NCBI GenBank assembly: GCA_964016885.1
Contig: OZ024744.1
Coordinates: 133,672,001 to 133,736,000 of the forward strand
Length of the DNA stretch: 64,000 bases
Source of the DNA: Eledone cirrhosa
Lineage: Eukaryota
Direction: 5' to 3'
The position numbers and the translations under genes were made by a program. Shown here one piece after another: positions 60,185-64,000 of the stretch (positions are counted from its first letter, which is position 1; each line of letters starts with the position of its first letter). The notes below the pieces were generated by a model. That model saw nothing but the letters and a program-made list of their open reading frames with translations. It did not search any database and was not told the DNA's origin.

Positions 60185-63100
60185 TAAGTCGGGGTTAAGT
60201 TAAGTTGGCGTTAAGTTAAGTTAGGCTTAACTTAAGTTGGGGTTCAGTTAAGTTGGGGGTAAGTTAAGTTGGGGGTAAGTTAAGTTGGGGTTAAGTTAAG
60301 TTGCGGTTAAGTTGGGGTTAAGTTAAGTTGGGGTTAATTTAAATTGGGGTTAAGTTAACTTTGTGGTTAATTTAAGTTGGGGTTAAGTTAAGTTGGGGTT
60401 AAGTTGGGGTTGAGTTAAGTTGGGGTTGAGTGAAGTTGGGGTTAAGTTAAGTTGGGGTTAAGTTAAGTTGGGGTTAAGTTAGGTCGGGGTTAAGTTAAGT
60501 TGTGGTTGAGTTAAGTTGGGGTTAATTTAAGTTGGGGCTAAGTTAATTTGTGGTTAAGTTAAGTTGGGGTTAAGTTAAGTTGGGGTTAAGTTAAGTTGGG
60601 GTTGAGTTAAGTTGGGGTTGAGTTAATTTGGGGTTAAGTTAAGTTGGGGTTAAATTAAGTTGGGGTTAAATTAAGTTGGGGTTAAGTTACGTTGGGGGTA
60701 AGTTAAGTTGGGGGCAAGTTAAGTTGGGGTTAATTTAAGTTGGGGTTAAATTAAGTTGGGGTTACGTTAAGTTGGTGTTAAGTTAAGTTGGGGTTAATTT
60801 AAGTTGGGGTTAATTAAGTTGGGGTTAAGTTAAGTTGGGGTTAAGTTAAGTTGGGGTTAATTTAAGTTGGGGTTGAGTTAAGTTGGGGTTAAGTTAAGTT
60901 GGGGTTATATTAAGTTGGGGTTAAGTTAAGTTGGGGTTCAGTTAAGTTGGGGATAAGTTAAGTTGGGGTTAAGTTAAGTTGGGGTTAAGTTAAGGTGGGG
61001 TTAAGTTAAGTTGGTGTTAAGTTAAGTTGGGGCTAAGTTAAGTTGGGGCTGAGTTAAGTTGGGGCTGAGTTAAGTTGGGGTTAAGTTAAGTTGGGGTTGA
61101 GTTAAGTTGGGGTTAAGTTAAGTTGGGGTCAAGTTAAGTTGGGGTTAAGTTGGGGTTAAGTTAAGTTGGGGTTAAGTTAAGTTGGGGTTAAGTTAAGTCG
61201 GGGTTAAGTTAAGTTGGGGTTAAGTTAAGTTGGGGTTAATTTAAGTTGGGGTTAAGTTAAGTTGGGGTTAAGTTAAGTTGGGGTTAAGTTAAGATGGGGT
61301 TAAGTTAAGTTGGGGTTAAGTTAAGTTGAGGTTAAGTTAAGTTGGGGTTAAATTAAGTTGGGGTTAAGTTAAGTTGGGGTTAAGTTAAGTTGGGGTTAAG
61401 TTAAGTTGGGGATAAGTTAAGTTGGGGATAATTTAAGTTGGGGTTAAGTTAAGTTGGGTTTAAGTTAAGTTGGGGTTAAGTTAAGTTGGGGTTAAGTTAA
61501 GTTGGGGTTAAGTTAAGTTGGGGTTAAGTTAAGTTGGGGTTAAGTTAAGTTGGGACTAAGTTAAGTTGGGGCTGAGTTAAGTTGGGGTTAAGTTAAGTTG
61601 GGGTTAAGTTAAGTTGGGGTTAAGTTAAGTTGGGGTTTATTTAAGTTGGGGTTAAGTTAAGTTGGGGTTCAGTTAAGTTGGGGTTAAGTTAAGTTGGGGT
61701 TAAGATGGGGTTAAATTAAGTTGGGGTTAAGTTAAGTTGGGGTTAAGTTAAGTTGGGGTTAAGTTAAGTTGGGGTTAAGTTAAGTCGGGGTTAAGTTAAG
61801 TCGGGGTTAAGTTAAGTTAGGGTTCAGTTAAGTTGGGGTTAAGTTAAGTTGGGGTTGAGTTAAGTTGGGGTTGAGTTAAATTGGGGTTGAGTTAAGTTGG
61901 GGTTGAGTTAAGTTGGTGTTGAGTTAAGTTGGGGTTAATTTAAGTTGGGGTTAAGTTAAGTTGGGGTTAATTTAAGTTGGGGTTCAGTTAAGTTGGGGTT
62001 CAGTTAAGTTGGGGATAAGTTAAGTTGTTGTTAAGTTAAGTTGGGGCTAAGTTAAGTTGGGGCTGAGTTAAGTTGGGGCTGAGTTAAGTTGGGGTTAAGT
62101 TAAGTTGGGGTTGAGTTAAGTTGGGGTTAAGTTAAGTTGGGGTCAAGTTAAGTTGGGGTTAAGTTGGGGTTAAGTTAAGTTAGGTTTAAGTTAATTTGGG
62201 GTTAAGTTAAGTTGGGGTTACGTTAAGTTGGTGTTAAGTTAAGTTGGGGTTAATTTAAGTTGGGGTTAATTAAGTTGGGGTTAAGTTAAGTTGGGGATAA
62301 GTTAAGTTGGGGTTAATTTAAGTTGGGGTTGAGTTAAGTTGGGGTTAAGTTAAGTTGGGGTTATATTAAGTTGGGGTTAAGTTAAGTTGGGGTTCAGTTA
62401 AGTTGGGGATAAGTTAAGTTGGGGTTAAGTTAAGTTGTTGTTAAGTTAAGTTGGGGCTAAGTTAAGTTGGGGCTGAGTTAAGTTGGGGCTGAGTTAAGTT
62501 GGGGTTAAGTTAAGTTGGGGTTGAGTTAAGTTGGGGTTAAGTTAAGTTGGGGTCAAGTTAAGTTGGGGTTAAGCTGGGGTTAAGTTAGGTTAGGTTTAAG
62601 TTAAGTTGGGGTTAAGTTAAGTTGGGGTTAAGTTAAGTTGGGGTTAAGTTAAGTTGGGGTTAAGTTAATTTGTGGTTAAGTTAAGTTGGGGTTAAGTTAA
62701 GTTGGGGTTAAGTTAAGTTGGGGTTAAGTTAAGTCGGGGTTAAGTTAAGTTGGGGTTAAGTTAAGTTGGGGTTAATTTAAGTTGGGGTTAAGTTAAGTTG
62801 GGGTTAAGTTAAGTTGGGGTTAAGTTAAGATGGGGTTAAGTTAAGTTGGGGTTAAGTTAAGTTGAGGTTAAGTTAAGTTGGGGTCAAGTTAAGTTGGGGT
62901 TAAGTTGGGGTTAAGTTAAGTTAGGTTTAAGTTAAGTTGGGGTTAAGTTAAGTTGGGGTTAAGTTAAGTTGGGGTTAAGTTAAGTTGGGGCTAAGTTAAG
63001 TTGGGGCTGAGTTAAGTTGGGGTTAAGTTAAGTTGGGGTTAAGTTAAGTTGGGGTTCATTTAAGTTGGGGTTTATTTAAGTTGGGGTTACGTTAAGTTGG

Positions 63101-64000
63101 TGTTAAGTTAAGTTGGGGTTAATTTAAGTTGGGGTTAATTAAGTTGGGGTTAAGTTAAGTTGGGGATAAGTTAAGTTAGGGTTAATTTAAGTTGGGGTTG
63201 AGTTAAGTTGGGGTTAAGTTAAGTTGGGGTTATATTGAGTTGGGGTTAAGTTAAGTTGGGGTTCAGTTAAGTTGGGGATAAGTTAAGTTGGGGTTAAGTT
63301 AAGTTGGGGTTAAGTTAAGTTGGGGTTAAGTTAAGTTGGTGTTAAGTTAAGTTGTGGCTAAGTTAAGTTGGGGCTGAGTTAAGTTGGGGCTGAGTTAAGT
63401 TGGGGTTAAGTTAAGTTGGGGTTGAGTTAAGTTGGGGTTAAGTTAAGTTGGGGTCAAGTTAAGTTGGGGTTAAGTTGGGGTTAAGTTAAGTTAGGTTTAA
63501 GTTAAGTTGGGGTTCAGTTAAGTTGGGGTTAAGTTAAGTTGGGGTTAAGTTAAGTTGGGGTTAAGTTAAGTTGGGGTTAAGTTAATTTGTGGTTAAGTTA
63601 AGTTGGGGTTAAGTTAAGTTGGGATTAAGTTAAGTTGGGGTTAAGTTAAGTCGGGGTTAAGTTAAGTTGGGGTTAAGTTAAGTTGGGGTTAATTTAAGTT
63701 GGGGTTAAGTTAAGTTGGGGTTAAGTTAAGTTGGGGTTAAGTTAAGATGGGGTTAAGTTAAGTTGGGGTTAAGTTAAGTTGAGGTTAATTTAAGTTGGGG
63801 TTAAATTAAGTTGGGGTTACGTTAAGTTGGTGTTAAGTTAAGTTGGGGTTAAGTTAAGTTGGGGTTAAGTTAAGTTGGGGTTAAGTTAAGTTGGGGCTAA
63901 GTTAAGTTGGGGCTGAGTTAAGTTGGGGTTAAGTTAAGTTGGGGTTAAGTTAAGTTGGGGTTAAGTTAAGTTGGGGTTTATTTAAGTTGGGGTTAAATTA

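Larger units (their letters stand above)
1..64000 (+). repeat. Tandem satellite array, 16-bp consensus monomer GGGGTTAAGTTAAGTT (about 4000 monomers), telomere-like G-rich strand on +
   Basis: The monomer is readable continuously from start to end. The consensus has 6 G, 6 T, 4 A and no C on +. Recurring variants include GGGGCTGAG, GGGGTTGAG, GGTG, GGGGATAAG, GTCGGGG, GATGGGG, the 11-mer GGGGTTAAGTT and the 15-mer GGGGTTAATTAAGTT. The array runs off both window edges. Confidence 0.99.

Noticed and set aside
1-64000. Protein-coding ORFs or a repetitive protein
   Set aside because: Each monomer has two TTAA, so TAA occurs on both strands, and the 16-bp period rotates these stops through all frames within about 48 bp.
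1-64000. CRISPR array or other repeat-spacer system
   Set aside because: There are no unique spacers; all sequence is satellite monomer or its reverse complement, and no cas genes are present.
1-64000. Active telomerase-synthesised telomere tract
   Set aside because: Variants recur in fixed kilobase-scale order and the orientation flips internally, which indicates recombination or replication-based amplification rather than template addition.
1-64000. Variant order as an information-bearing code or a synthetic construct
   Set aside because: The order is explained by nested duplications and deletions with point mutations; there are no adapters, vector sequence or designed regularity.

Overview
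The whole 64-kb window is one non-coding, G-rich tandem satellite built on the 16-bp monomer GGGGTTAAGTTAAGTT (TTGGGG plus two TTAAG), with 11-bp (GGGGTTAAGTT) and 15-bp (GGGGTTAATTAAGTT) length variants and many point variants. I found no genes, RNA genes, transposons, CRISPR spacers or unique sequence. The variants recur in a fixed order and define a ~4.2-kb higher-order repeat (HOR). Each complete HOR is punctuated by a 173-bp block of the same satellite in inverted (C-rich) orientation; there are ten copies, starting at <1, 4176, 27640, 31837, 35917, 41411, 46260, 54302, 56226 and 60012. Each fully visible block begins with a spacer-less 54-bp perfect palindrome centred on GGGGTT|AACCCC. 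The HOR has been reshuffled by nested duplications and deletions (periods of about 5.5 kb, 3808, 5494, 1924, 1461 and 304 bp), including a 23.3-kb domain with no inversion. A eukaryotic (peri)centromeric, subtelomeric or interstitial telomere-like satellite is the most likely identity, but this is inference and the organism cannot be determined. Coordinates were counted by eye; duplication boundaries are approximate.
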